This document shows, one piece after another, positions 1 to 8,872 of a stretch of DNA of 64,000 nucleotides. The notes under the pieces were generated by a model, which was not told where the DNA came from, made no database searches, and worked only from the letters and a program-made list of their open reading frames with translations. The stretch is from an uncultured bacterium (GTDB lineage Bacteria > Babelota > Babeliae > Babelales > Vermiphilaceae): the NCBI GenBank assembly GCA_963702025.1, contig OY969699.1, positions 1,408,001 to 1,472,000 on the forward strand, read 5' to 3'. Numbering within the stretch: position 1 is the stretch's first letter; each line of letters opens with the position of its first letter. The translations under genes were made by a program, and so were the position numbers.

Positions 1-317
1 GATGCCGCCTGTGATCGCAGAACATTATCCGACGATACCAACAAAAGACCATGGGATCTACCCTGTAATATTTCAGTAATAACGTCGTCGGCTGTTTTTT
101 GGTTCCCCGAATAGATGATTTTAACACCGTGATCTTTTTCTTGAGACGCAATGCCCAGCGGCCCACCATCAAAAACAAGAGTAATTGAATGATTCTTTTT
201 TTCAGCATATTTACCCAATAAGGCTATAAAAGCGCGTCGCTGCTTTTGAGAGATCTGGCCATCATGCAGGACCTGCTTTAAGACATTGTAGCCATCGATA
301 AGAATATGCATGGACAT
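1..317 (-). CDS. YacP-like NYN-domain RNase, partial (runs off window start)
   Basis: Manual translation MSMHILIDGYNVLK...TLVFDGG...YSGNQKTADDVI...LVSSD carries the IDGYN, VFDG, ADD and VSSD motifs of NYN_YacP. Confidence 0.85.
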   Translation of the reverse strand, partial: MSMHILIDGYNVLKQVLHDGQISQKQRRAFIALLGKYAEKKNHSITLVFDGGPLGIASQEKDHGVKIIYSGNQKTADDVITEILQGRSHGLLLVSSDNVLRSQAA

Positions 318-441
318 CCATAATTACTATTGTTTCATTGCCAACCAGGGTAAACAATATTAGTATAAATTAGTAAATAATAGTATCTACAATAGAATAG
401 TAAAAATAATCACGATCAGACAGACCAATGAGGACAAGCCC

Positions 442-1302
442 ATGTCTTTACTTATTCAACTCCGACAACGAATCAAAGCCATTGAAACCATCAAAAAAAT
501 TACCCATGCAATGCGCCTAATTTCTATGTCGGCACGCAGTCGCCTTAAAAGTAAAGAAAGTCCCTTGCGTGATTACATACAAACGATAAGCACTCTTTTA
601 GCACAAATCAAACAGTATGCTCCTGATTGGCATAATCCCTTACTTAATCCTTTGCCCAATGCGCCGCACAATCCCCTAGTTATCATAATTGGCTCTCAAC
701 GCGGCTTATGTGGCAATTTTAACACAACACTGTTCCATTTTTTCCAAAAAACCATCGCAAAAGGTTCCCATGAAGGCGGCGTTATTCCGGTAATTCCAAT
801 TGGCAAAAAAGCAGTAATCTATTGTGAACACAACCCACTGTTTAAGATAATTAAATCCTATCCTGAGCTTCACGCAAAAAAAATAGAAGCAATTTCTCAA
901 GAAATAACGCAGTTACTCGAGTCGCAGCAGCCGGCATTTACCCATGTTACCGTTTTTAGCAATATGTTAAAAACTTTTTTTGTGCAAAAGCCACAAGAAG
1001 CACCATTAATACCACTTACGCTCAAAGCAGAACAAGAACTAAGCAATAACCAATCCATTGATTACGAATGGGAGCAGTCACCCACCAGTTTACTCGATCA
1101 GCTTGCGCGCCAAACAATACTCATTAATCTTCATTATTTGCTTTTTGAATCATTACTTGCAGAACATGCCGCACGCTTTATTTCTATGGATAATGCCACA
1201 CGTAATGCACAGGCATTATTAGAAGAAACTAAATTGCAATACAACAAACTGCGTCAAGCAAAGATTACCAAAGAATTAACTGAGCTGGTCAGCAGCATGT
1301 AA
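442..1302 (+). CDS. atpG: ATP synthase F1 gamma subunit
   Basis: IKKITHAMRLIS, RGLCGNFN, EHAARFISMDNATRNA and RQAKITKELTE motifs. Confidence 0.95.
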   Translation: MSLLIQLRQRIKAIETIKKITHAMRLISMSARSRLKSKESPLRDYIQTISTLLAQIKQYAPDWHNPLLNPLPNAPHNPLVIIIGSQRGLCGNFNTTLFHFFQKTIAKGSHEGGVIPVIPIGKKAVIYCEHNPLFKIIKSYPELHAKKIEAISQEITQLLESQQPAFTHVTVFSNMLKTFFVQKPQEAPLIPLTLKAEQELSNNQSIDYEWEQSPTSLLDQLARQTILINLHYLLFESLLAEHAARFISMDNATRNAQALLEETKLQYNKLRQAKITKELTELVSSM

Positions 1303-1429
1303 ATTTTTGCTCTCCTTTACAGGTACAGGGAAGCACCTTTCAGGCCCTTTTTAAGGCAATTTCCCCAAAAAATGCTCTATTTACCCTTTTTTTGACTATT
1401 CTTTTATGATTATAGGTTCAAAAAACACC

Positions 1430-1459
1430 TTGACTTACGCACTAATTTCATGTTAAAAT
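1430..1459 (+). promoter_or_regulatory. sigma70-type promoter, copy 1
   Basis: TTGACT-18 bp-TAAAAT with extended -10 TG; near-identical copy at 2904-2933. Confidence 0.7.
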
Positions 1460-1515
1460 ACAAATAGAGAATAAAATATAAGCAATAAACGTAAATAATG
1501 AAAAAGGAGAATAGT

Positions 1516-2871
1516 ATGAAGAAAATGTTAACAATAGCTAGCCTTACGCTGTTGGGAAGCTTTTCCCTCAATGGTATGGAAATGCCGCGCTTAAGGGTCA
1601 AAGAACTGTCTTTAGAAGAGAAAGTAATTAATCTTTACTCATTAATTGCAAGCAACCAACGTCAAATAAAGGAGCTTGAAAAACAAGCCAAACAAGGGGA
1701 AATAACTCCGGACCAGTTTAAAGCTATGGCAAAAGATCGCGTTGGGTTAACTAATGAACTTCAAACTCAAATAGAGCTTGAAAAACAATTGGCAGAGGTT
1801 GAAGCAGAAATAAATACCCTATTCATAACATTAGGGGAATATGAGAAATCACCTCAACGATATGCGACAGAAATTAAATCTATAAGTCAAGTATGGCAAC
1901 AAAAAGAGAATGCAAAAGAAAACATTAAAGAAAAACTGAAAGTTAGCGCTCGGAAGTTAGATGATCTTCAGCTAGGCTTAGTTACTCAAGAAAGAGCAGC
2001 AAAAGCCAAAGTATTACCAAGCGCCAAGCAAAAACCGCCCGTTCCACCACGTGAAGAACCGGTCAAGAAAACACCACCTCCTGTTCCAGCACGCGAACCG
2101 GTAGAACAAGCTCATCCATTGCCAGTTTTGCCCGCTATTAAGAAACCGGCTGAACAGCCCGCTCCCATAGCTGAACAACGTGAGCAAGAACATGCTCGCG
2201 CTGAAAAAGAACGTAAAGCCGCCGGAGAAAGACGAGCCGCTGAACAACAACGCCGTGAGCAAGAACGAAAAGCAGAACAAGAACGAAAAGCCGCTGAAGA
2301 ACAAGCTCGTGCTGAAAAAGAACGTAAAGCAGCCGGAGAAAGGCGAGCCGCTGAACAACAACGCCGTGAGCAAGAACGAAAAGCAGAACAAGAACGAAAG
2401 CACGCTGAAGAACAAGCTCGTGCTGAACGCGCTGAAAAAGAACGTAAAGCAGCCGGAGAAAGGCTAGCCGCTGAACAACAACGCCGTGAGCAAGAACGAA
2501 AAGCGGAACAAGAACGAAAGCACGCTGAAGAACATGCTAGTCCTGAAGAATTAGAAGAACTAGCAGCTGCTATTCAACGACAAATAGACCGAGAACGAGA
2601 TGCTGAATATGTGAGAAAAGAAGCAGCTGAAAAAGGTGCCTTTGCTGCACTTGGCCTTCAGCCAAATGCATCCTGGTCCCAAATTTTAGGATTATCGGAA
2701 AATCCGTCATATGACGAAATAAAAAGCGCTTATAAAAAGCTCACTATAAAATGGTCACCTGATAGAAATCAAGACAAAAGAGCTAATGAAGTCACCAAGC
2801 TGATTAGAACAGCGCGCGATACGTTAGCAGCTAAATATGAACCGGAAAGAGAAGCGCCCTTAGAACATTAA
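1516..2871 (+). CDS. Secreted coiled-coil/Pro-rich/repeat protein with C-terminal degenerate J-domain
   Basis: AGGAG RBS before 1516; leader ...SLNG|MEM; PPVPPR; 37-aa repeats; C-terminal ILGLSENPSYDEIKSAYKKLTIKWSPDRN. Confidence 0.8.
   Translation: MKKMLTIASLTLLGSFSLNGMEMPRLRVKELSLEEKVINLYSLIASNQRQIKELEKQAKQGEITPDQFKAMAKDRVGLTNELQTQIELEKQLAEVEAEINTLFITLGEYEKSPQRYATEIKSISQVWQQKENAKENIKEKLKVSARKLDDLQLGLVTQERAAKAKVLPSAKQKPPVPPREEPVKKTPPPVPAREPVEQAHPLPVLPAIKKPAEQPAPIAEQREQEHARAEKERKAAGERRAAEQQRREQERKAEQERKAAEEQARAEKERKAAGERRAAEQQRREQERKAEQERKHAEEQARAERAEKERKAAGERLAAEQQRREQERKAEQERKHAEEHASPEELEELAAAIQRQIDRERDAEYVRKEAAEKGAFAALGLQPNASWSQILGLSENPSYDEIKSAYKKLTIKWSPDRNQDKRANEVTKLIRTARDTLAAKYEPEREAPLEH
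2194..2535 (+). repeat. Three tandem 111-bp (37-aa) coding repeats
   Basis: Units start at 2194, 2305 and 2416 (third has a 9-bp insertion); ARAEKERKAAGERRAAEQQRREQERKAEQERKxAEEQ. Confidence 0.95.
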
Positions 2872-2903
2872 TTGATTCTGTGGAGGGGGGCATTTTTGCC
2901 CCC

Positions 2904-2933
2904 TTGACTTACGCACTAATTCCATGATAAAAT
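2904..2933 (+). promoter_or_regulatory. sigma70-type promoter, copy 2
   Basis: TTGACTTACGCACTAATTCCATGATAAAAT, directly after a GGGGGCA/TGCCCCC hairpin (2886-2903). Confidence 0.7.
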
Positions 2934-2992
2934 ACAATTAGATAATAAAATATTGTAGTCATCGTATATATATATCAAAAAGGAGAATAATT

Positions 2993-3973
2993 ATGAAAAA
3001 TACGTTAAAAATCGCTTTACTCACCCTTCTGGGTGGCTTTACCTTAAGTAAGGGAATGGAGTTACCATATGTTGGCATCCCAGTCCCCGCAGCTGGAAGC
3101 CAAGGAGAATCACTGGCTCAACGAATAAGCAATATTAATTCTATGCTTGCTGCTAACCAGGAGAATATGAATGAGCTAGAAAACAGCTTCAAAAGAGGTG
3201 CTATTAATGGGGATCAGTTTGAATCGATGATTAAGCATCGTCTTTCGATCTACGAAGAACTTGAAACTGAAAAAAATGAACTGCTTGCACAGCAAAAAGC
3301 ACAAAGAGGAGCATCTGTTGGCATGCCATTACCACCAGTTATAAAGCCTGCTGCAAAAGCACCCCCGGTAATATATGCGCCAACACCTGCAGTAGTTTAT
3401 CAATTAGAGCCGGCCGTTCAACCACGTGAAGAACCGGTCAAGAAGACACCGCCTCTTGTTCCGCCACGAGAACCAGTAAAACCAGCAGAAAAGCCTGCTC
3501 CTGTACAGATCGCACCGGTAGTTGCGCCAATTCTGCCTGCTATTAAAAAACCGGCTGAACAGCCTGCTCCCATAATTGCACCACCGGCACCTAATATTCC
3601 TAAAGCTCCCCCTGCTCCAAAAGGAGGATTTCCGGCCTTCAAAAAACCGGCGGAACAACCTGCTCCCGTACAGCCTGCTCCTGTAGTTGCACCGGTCGCT
3701 GTTCAAGCACCTCAAACTCCTGCTTATCAGGTTCCGCAAGCTGACATTGACAGATGGAAAGCTATGACAAAAGAGAAATTAAGTGCTGAACGAGACAGAC
3801 TTAATTGGAAAATGGGAGCCTTAGCACAAGCACGTCCTTTAAGTAATAAACCTGCCTCTGATGAAGAGATTCAGCTTAATGCGGAAATCAATGCGATTGA
3901 TGAAATAGCCAAAACAAAGAATTTTTGGGTAGCAGGTGAAAAACCAGTTCTTTCTAGAACTTGGCTCCCTTAA
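2993..3973 (+). CDS. Secreted Pro-rich protein, partial paralog of 1516..2871
   Basis: Leader ...LSKG|MEL; shares N-terminal helical segment, PREEPVKKTPP and PAIKKPAEQPAP blocks. Confidence 0.8.
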   Translation: MKNTLKIALLTLLGGFTLSKGMELPYVGIPVPAAGSQGESLAQRISNINSMLAANQENMNELENSFKRGAINGDQFESMIKHRLSIYEELETEKNELLAQQKAQRGASVGMPLPPVIKPAAKAPPVIYAPTPAVVYQLEPAVQPREEPVKKTPPLVPPREPVKPAEKPAPVQIAPVVAPILPAIKKPAEQPAPIIAPPAPNIPKAPPAPKGGFPAFKKPAEQPAPVQPAPVVAPVAVQAPQTPAYQVPQADIDRWKAMTKEKLSAERDRLNWKMGALAQARPLSNKPASDEEIQLNAEINAIDEIAKTKNFWVAGEKPVLSRTWLP

Positions 3974-3990
3974 AACTATTCAAAGAGCTC

Positions 3991-4030
3991 AAAAAAAGAA
4001 GGATGTCAAAATTGACATCCTTCTTTTTTT
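3991..4030. terminator. Intrinsic terminator, bidirectional type
   Basis: A7-GAAGGATGTCAA / TTGACATCCTTC-T7 perfect inverted repeat. Confidence 0.9.
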
Positions 4031-4036
4031 GTTCCC

Positions 4037-4213
4037 TATGCCTATTGGGTTGAGACATTAGAGGATGCGTCAAGAGAAATTGTTGAAGCAATAAAAAATA
4101 AAACAGCCGTTGATTATATTACCAAACTTTGGCAAAAAGTTGCTGCGTTGCTTCCACTTATCCCTGATGATTTGTATAATGCCTTAAGCGCGCGGCCCGG
4201 CGGTGGCTTTTAA
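4037..4213 (+). pseudogene. C-terminal remnant of an SDR oxidoreductase
   Basis: YWVETLEDASREIVEAIKNKTAVDYITKLWQKVAALLPLIPDDLY resembles SDR C-termini; no start codon or Rossmann motif, begins right after a terminator. Confidence 0.55.
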
Positions 4214-4269
4214 AGACAATCAAACAAAAGAATATTCGAATGCTTAACCCATGCTCATTAAGGCAAAAA

Positions 4270-4983
4270 ATGAATAAAGTTATGATCTATCTTTTCTTAC
4301 TATTTTTTACAGTCTATCCAGCTTTTGCCATAGAAAAGCTTAACTCTTCGCCACATAAAATTGCACTGGAAGAATATCTTATCAATGAACTCGATGATGC
4401 ATATATTGCAAAAGAACTGGCAACAATTCTGGTCGAAAATATTTTGATATGGAAAGCGCCAACTATTGCAACGGCACAAATAACTTCAATTATTGCCTAC
4501 GCATTCGGTAACCGAATTTTGCCGAACGGCAATCGGATTCCTGGACCAATGAATGAAGCATTGGCTGATATTGTTGTGCAACTACATAAAGAAACGAATG
4601 CGCCGGTGTTTGCGCAATGGGAAATTGCTGAGGCGATTGGTGACCGCATTGCGCCTGAGAACCTAACCGTTATCAATCCAGCGCTGGATGCGCAAGCAAA
4701 TATTGTATATCTAAGCACCGCTGGCGTTGCATCAGCAATAATAAAACATGTTGGCGACCCTCAAAAACTTGGCAAAGTTGCGGTGATCGCATTTAATGAT
4801 CATCTCTATCGATGCATCAAAGTATCGCGTGATGCGGGCATTGATGCATACGCGCCTGAAGGTTATTCAATGCCCGGCAATTACGACGAGCATTCAGGCC
4901 AACCGTGGACTCGCAACCGTCTTATATATTTGGTAACCGATATGAAAGCGCGGATAACAAATTGTTTTGAAAAATTACTTTAA
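4270..4983 (+). CDS. Exported hypothetical alpha/beta protein (possibly DUF218-like)
   Basis: Long ORF with signal peptide; AFGNR, GPMNEALA and AQWEIA segments. Confidence 0.6.
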   Translation: MNKVMIYLFLLFFTVYPAFAIEKLNSSPHKIALEEYLINELDDAYIAKELATILVENILIWKAPTIATAQITSIIAYAFGNRILPNGNRIPGPMNEALADIVVQLHKETNAPVFAQWEIAEAIGDRIAPENLTVINPALDAQANIVYLSTAGVASAIIKHVGDPQKLGKVAVIAFNDHLYRCIKVSRDAGIDAYAPEGYSMPGNYDEHSGQPWTRNRLIYLVTDMKARITNCFEKLL

Positions 4984-5030
4984 AATTTTTTTTTATAATC
5001 CTTTATGCAGAAATTAAACGCCAAATTTAA

Positions 5031-5128
5031 TTAGTTGCGATGCGCGATATTCAACGGATGAAGAAATTACTTTTGATTATGCATCCGTGATTGCCGAACT
5101 TGAAAGCAATTGCAAGCGATCCTATTAG
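5031..5128 (+). pseudogene. SET-domain C-terminal remnant
   Basis: LVAMRDIQ, then a frameshift at 5055-5056, then DEEITFDY; matches the SET motif AxRDIxxGEE(I/L)TxDY. Confidence 0.5.
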
Positions 5129-5220
5129 AAATAGATTTAAAAATTTCCAAATATTGACTGAACAGGCTTTTTTGCTATTCTTGCAATAATACTTTTTTAT
5201 TTTTACGATGGTGAAACTAC

Positions 5221-6123
5221 ATGAGACTGACCTTGCACTATTTTTTATTCTTCTTTCTTTTCGGCATACATACATTTCCACTTTCTGCAATGGAAGAACA
5301 ACCACTAACGCCGCGCACTCGAACTATCATTCAATTAAGTCAGCAAGTTGATAAGGTAACTCGGCAAGTTAATGCGGTGACCGCCGTGGTAATTGGTCAA
5401 GATGCACAACTCAGAGCAACTCAAACGGCATTAACGGCTACGCAATCTCAGCTCACAGATACGCAAGCCGCGCTCATTGATCTTTTAAAGGAAAAAAATG
5501 CCCGTCTTAAAGTCGCGGAAAAAGAGAGAATACTGCAAGCAAAAAATAGCAAGCTCTTGGCTATCGCCCAAAAATGTGCCCTCGGTGCAGCAAAACTCGG
5601 TATATTTCGCGGTGCTTCTGTAATTTTAAAACAATATTCCCAAACTATAATGCCCGGCGATTTTTTAACAAATGAAATTTTGCCTGACCTGTGTGCCACC
5701 GTAGTTGCTCAACAAGCCCCACAATTAGTTTGGAAAGTTTATGAGGGTCTGGGAACAATGACTAACCGTTGTAGTAGCGCATTAAATACGATGTTGGATC
5801 ACTATATAGACCTTTACTTGCAAGAAGATGCTACAGAACCAAACAGCAACAACCTTGCCAGAATCGGAAAACTGTACAAACGTAAAGCAGCATTAGAAAA
5901 AAAACCAGAATGGGAAGAATCATTTGATGAAAGTTTTAGGAGCAGTGTGGATGAGAAAACTAACTTCTTTAAAAATTATCTATCAAACCCGGAAGTAGAA
6001 ATTTTCCCTTTGCATACAGAAAAAATGGCATCTAAAATAGATGCACTTGAAAAAGATATTTCTTTGGCTGAAAAACTCATTAAAGAATGTCATGCTGTAA
6101 AAAGCCTAGCAGAAAGAAAATAA
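5221..6123 (+). CDS. Secreted coiled-coil hypothetical protein
   Basis: Leader ...PLSA|MEE; heptad-rich N-terminal half. Confidence 0.75.
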   Translation: MRLTLHYFLFFFLFGIHTFPLSAMEEQPLTPRTRTIIQLSQQVDKVTRQVNAVTAVVIGQDAQLRATQTALTATQSQLTDTQAALIDLLKEKNARLKVAEKERILQAKNSKLLAIAQKCALGAAKLGIFRGASVILKQYSQTIMPGDFLTNEILPDLCATVVAQQAPQLVWKVYEGLGTMTNRCSSALNTMLDHYIDLYLQEDATEPNSNNLARIGKLYKRKAALEKKPEWEESFDESFRSSVDEKTNFFKNYLSNPEVEIFPLHTEKMASKIDALEKDISLAEKLIKECHAVKSLAERK

Positions 6124-6160
6124 GAAAAAAACAATACAAGTGATATTTTAGGGTAATACA

Positions 6161-6706
6161 ATGAATCACCAGTTAATTGCATTTGCATGTATAGTAAGTT
6201 TCTCATCAACATATGGGATGGATAATGCATTAGTACAATCTCATGCTACGGCTTTAACGAAAGATGCGCATGCCCAAGCATTGGTAGAATTACTGCAAAT
6301 CGATGCAAACCGATCTGAAGAACTTAAAAAAATCCACCTACGGATGCTTAAGCAAGAAGAAGAAAAAACAAGCCTGCAGGCTCAGTTAAGAGCAACGAAG
6401 GATGAGCTTGCCAATCAAAAAACCAATAATCAAAATCTTGCAGATCAAATGACACTTCTACAAGAATCTAATATTAGACTGGAAATAAAAGTAGATTCTC
6501 TCAAACGCGACAAATCCGAACTTCGTTTTTATGTTACCGGTGCTATTTTTATCGGCGGACTAGCAGTCTTAAGCCATATTATTAAATTGCCGCAAACAAA
6601 TAGTAGTGTTGAAGAAATTATTAAATCAAAACCTGTTCAAGCAGATGATAAAAAATCTGATCCAGCAGATATAGATTACGCAGACCTGGTACATGGCCTG
6701 TTGTAA
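6161..6706 (+). CDS. Secreted coiled-coil protein with late hydrophobic segment
   Basis: Leader ...STYG|MDN; coiled coil then FYVTGAIFIGGLAVLSHII. Confidence 0.75.
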   Translation: MNHQLIAFACIVSFSSTYGMDNALVQSHATALTKDAHAQALVELLQIDANRSEELKKIHLRMLKQEEEKTSLQAQLRATKDELANQKTNNQNLADQMTLLQESNIRLEIKVDSLKRDKSELRFYVTGAIFIGGLAVLSHIIKLPQTNSSVEEIIKSKPVQADDKKSDPADIDYADLVHGLL

Positions 6707-6766
6707 TAAAAAAATGCATAAAATCAGTTTCGTACAGTAATAGTTGTTTAGTAAAAAATTATCTAA

Positions 6767-8118
6767 CAATGGTTCGGACATTTTTAACATCTGACAACTC
6801 CGGTTTCTATTACACTTTTTATCCCAGGGTGGAATTTAATCAAACTCAGGTCCAACCCTAAGATTGAAAAAATTAGATTTACCAGCATTTCATTATAGTT
6901 TCTCCTTTTGTGGCTTTGCATAGAAAATGGCGCTCTTTCATTGGTACCAGCCCCCGCTTCCGTCTCTTGAATTTTGGTCAAAAGAAGAGCGGTCGCTGAG
7001 GCATTTAAGTGGGCATGTATTTTTTCTTTACTGCGGACTTGGAAGTCAGTAAGCCCAACAAATTGTTTTCCATCACGAAAGATGAACTCAATCTGAAAGC
7101 GTGAGCTATAGGTAACATGGATCTCCTGAGCGCTCAAAGTCAAATCGGTAGAGAACATGAGTACCAGGCCTTGCTTATTTTTACGCGTACGCACTAGACA
7201 AGCAACCTTAACCGTACACTTGAGATTTACACTATAAAAAGTTCCTTCATATAAATCATCTCCATCCTCAGTTGCGCATACAAAAGAGTAACTTTTCAAA
7301 TCTTTCACATCAACTTTATCTCCATATTTTTTTGGCCGACCTCTTCCTCCTTTTTTCTCAAAATTGAGGAACCGCAAATTAGCATCGCAACGCAACTTGC
7401 TTACTACGTGATAGCCGCATTTGCGAGCCATAGTGACAAACTTTTTGTTGGCAAAGTACGCATCAACAATGAGTAGCTTAATACTCAGAGGCAAGCCATG
7501 CAATTTCATCTTATTGAGCTGCTGTTCTGCGCAGTCAACATAAAAATCCATTCGATTTGCTTCAGAAGCTCCAATCAACTTTTTGATTTCATCTTTTGGT
7601 GGTGTTTGGATCACCACGAGGGGATAAGCCGTATTTTTCTTAATATCGATAAGCGCGAATCCATTTCCTTCAAGACCCTTTTCAGACTTGCCGCTGGAGC
7701 CATTCCAAAATGATTCCAGGCCATAGGTTTTCTTGCCAGACTTTTTTATAAAAAACGGATCATAAGCTATTCCATAATGCCCATTTTCATCGATAATTTT
7801 GTTCACTGTCAAGCAATTGAATTGCAAGTAATCAAATGGCTTTTCAAAATTCCGAGAGAACGTTTTTTCGTCATAAGATGCATATCGCGCCATGTTACGA
7901 AAATTCATTCTTCCCCCCATCGATAATATCGTGCCAAGCATGCTTTCGATAAATTTTTTCTGAGGCTTATAAATTCCTGTCATTTTTTCTAAAATTTCCT
8001 GTATAATTTTCATTGCCGCATTTCAATCTTTTTTTAGAGGAAGTTTGATTGACTCCACTAATTATGGGTATGCGGTTTAAATTTTCAAGTTACTTTCAAA
8101 AAACTGTCCGAACTATTG
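6767..8118 (-). mobile_element. Complete insertion sequence (1352 bp), DDE type (IS701/IS4-like)
   Basis: TIRs CAATGGTTCGGACATTTT and reverse complement CAATAGTTCGGACAGTTT; 6-bp direct repeat ATCTAA at 6761-6766 and 8119-8124. Confidence 0.92.
6784..8013 (-). CDS. DDE transposase
   Basis: AYDPFFIKKSGKKT, IVDAYF, GRGRPKKYG and YSSRFQIEFIFRDGKQFVGL motifs. Confidence 0.92.
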   Translation of the reverse strand: MKIIQEILEKMTGIYKPQKKFIESMLGTILSMGGRMNFRNMARYASYDEKTFSRNFEKPFDYLQFNCLTVNKIIDENGHYGIAYDPFFIKKSGKKTYGLESFWNGSSGKSEKGLEGNGFALIDIKKNTAYPLVVIQTPPKDEIKKLIGASEANRMDFYVDCAEQQLNKMKLHGLPLSIKLLIVDAYFANKKFVTMARKCGYHVVSKLRCDANLRFLNFEKKGGRGRPKKYGDKVDVKDLKSYSFVCATEDGDDLYEGTFYSVNLKCTVKVACLVRTRKNKQGLVLMFSTDLTLSAQEIHVTYSSRFQIEFIFRDGKQFVGLTDFQVRSKEKIHAHLNASATALLLTKIQETEAGAGTNERAPFSMQSHKRRNYNEMLVNLIFSILGLDLSLIKFHPGIKSVIETGVVRC

Positions 8119-8140
8119 ATCTAATACAAAGGCAATATCC

Positions 8141-8647
8141 ATGATTAACAAATCTCTAACTCTTCTTATGGTACTCAGTATTTCAGCAACCTATGGCATG
8201 CAAAAGCAACAACTTCAACTATCATCGGCGCAATTACAACAGGGTATTTATACTCGATTGAATTCTCATGAGGATCAACTGAGAAAAAATACCGATCAAA
8301 TAAATGCACTTGAAAAAATATTAAAAGATAGGGAAGAAGAAAAAAAAATATTGGCAGAAGCGCACGCAATAAAAGATAATGAAAATGCCAAAAAGCTGAA
8401 AGAATTAACCGCTGAAAATACTCAATTGCAGAATAGCGTGAGTAATCTTCAGGCTGCTGCAATTGGAACTGGTATTTTTGCGGGTTTATCTGCTCTTGTC
8501 GGCTTAGTTTGGCTTGTAGATCATCAAGAAACTCTCAAAGAGCATAAAGAAACTCTCAATGAACATGGGAACGAGTTGAGAAATCATGGCTACGAGTTGC
8601 GAAATAATCAAGAAACTCTCCAAAAGTTTGCCAACAAGCCCAAATAG
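8141..8647 (+). CDS. Secreted coiled-coil plus transmembrane protein, paralog of 6161..6706
   Basis: Leader ...ATYG|MQK; AAAIGTGIFAGLSALVGLVWLV; five 7-aa repeats at the C-terminus. Confidence 0.75.
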   Translation: MINKSLTLLMVLSISATYGMQKQQLQLSSAQLQQGIYTRLNSHEDQLRKNTDQINALEKILKDREEEKKILAEAHAIKDNENAKKLKELTAENTQLQNSVSNLQAAAIGTGIFAGLSALVGLVWLVDHQETLKEHKETLNEHGNELRNHGYELRNNQETLQKFANKPK

Positions 8648-8663
8648 CTGAAGCGTTCATCAG

Positions 8664-8870
8664 TTATTTTTCTACAAACTCCAAAAGCTCACCCGGCTGA
8701 CAATCTAATGCTTTGCATAAAGCTGAAAGCGTTGAAAATCGAATAGCTTTTGCTTTATCGTTTTTTAAAATAGAAAGATTTGCTTCGGTGATACCAACTT
8801 TTTGCGCAAGCTCATTCAATCGCATTTTGCGTTTTGCCATCATTTCATCAAGTCGCACAATAATAAACAT
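8664..8870 (-). CDS. XRE/Cro-family HTH regulator (YozG-like)
   Basis: ELAQKVGITEANLSILKNDKAKAIRFSTL...LDCQPGELLEF. Confidence 0.93.
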   Translation of the reverse strand: MFIIVRLDEMMAKRKMRLNELAQKVGITEANLSILKNDKAKAIRFSTLSALCKALDCQPGELLEFVEK

Positions 8871-8872
8871 GT

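Noticed and set aside
2194..2535. Possible CRISPR array
   Set aside because: Contiguous in-frame coding repeats without unique spacers; no cas genes in the window
2014..3739. Alternate-frame and antisense ORFs over the repeat and Pro-rich regions (2014-2415, 2180-2467, 3404-3739, 3418-3642)
   Set aside because: Shadows of low-complexity coding repeats; no RBS or motifs
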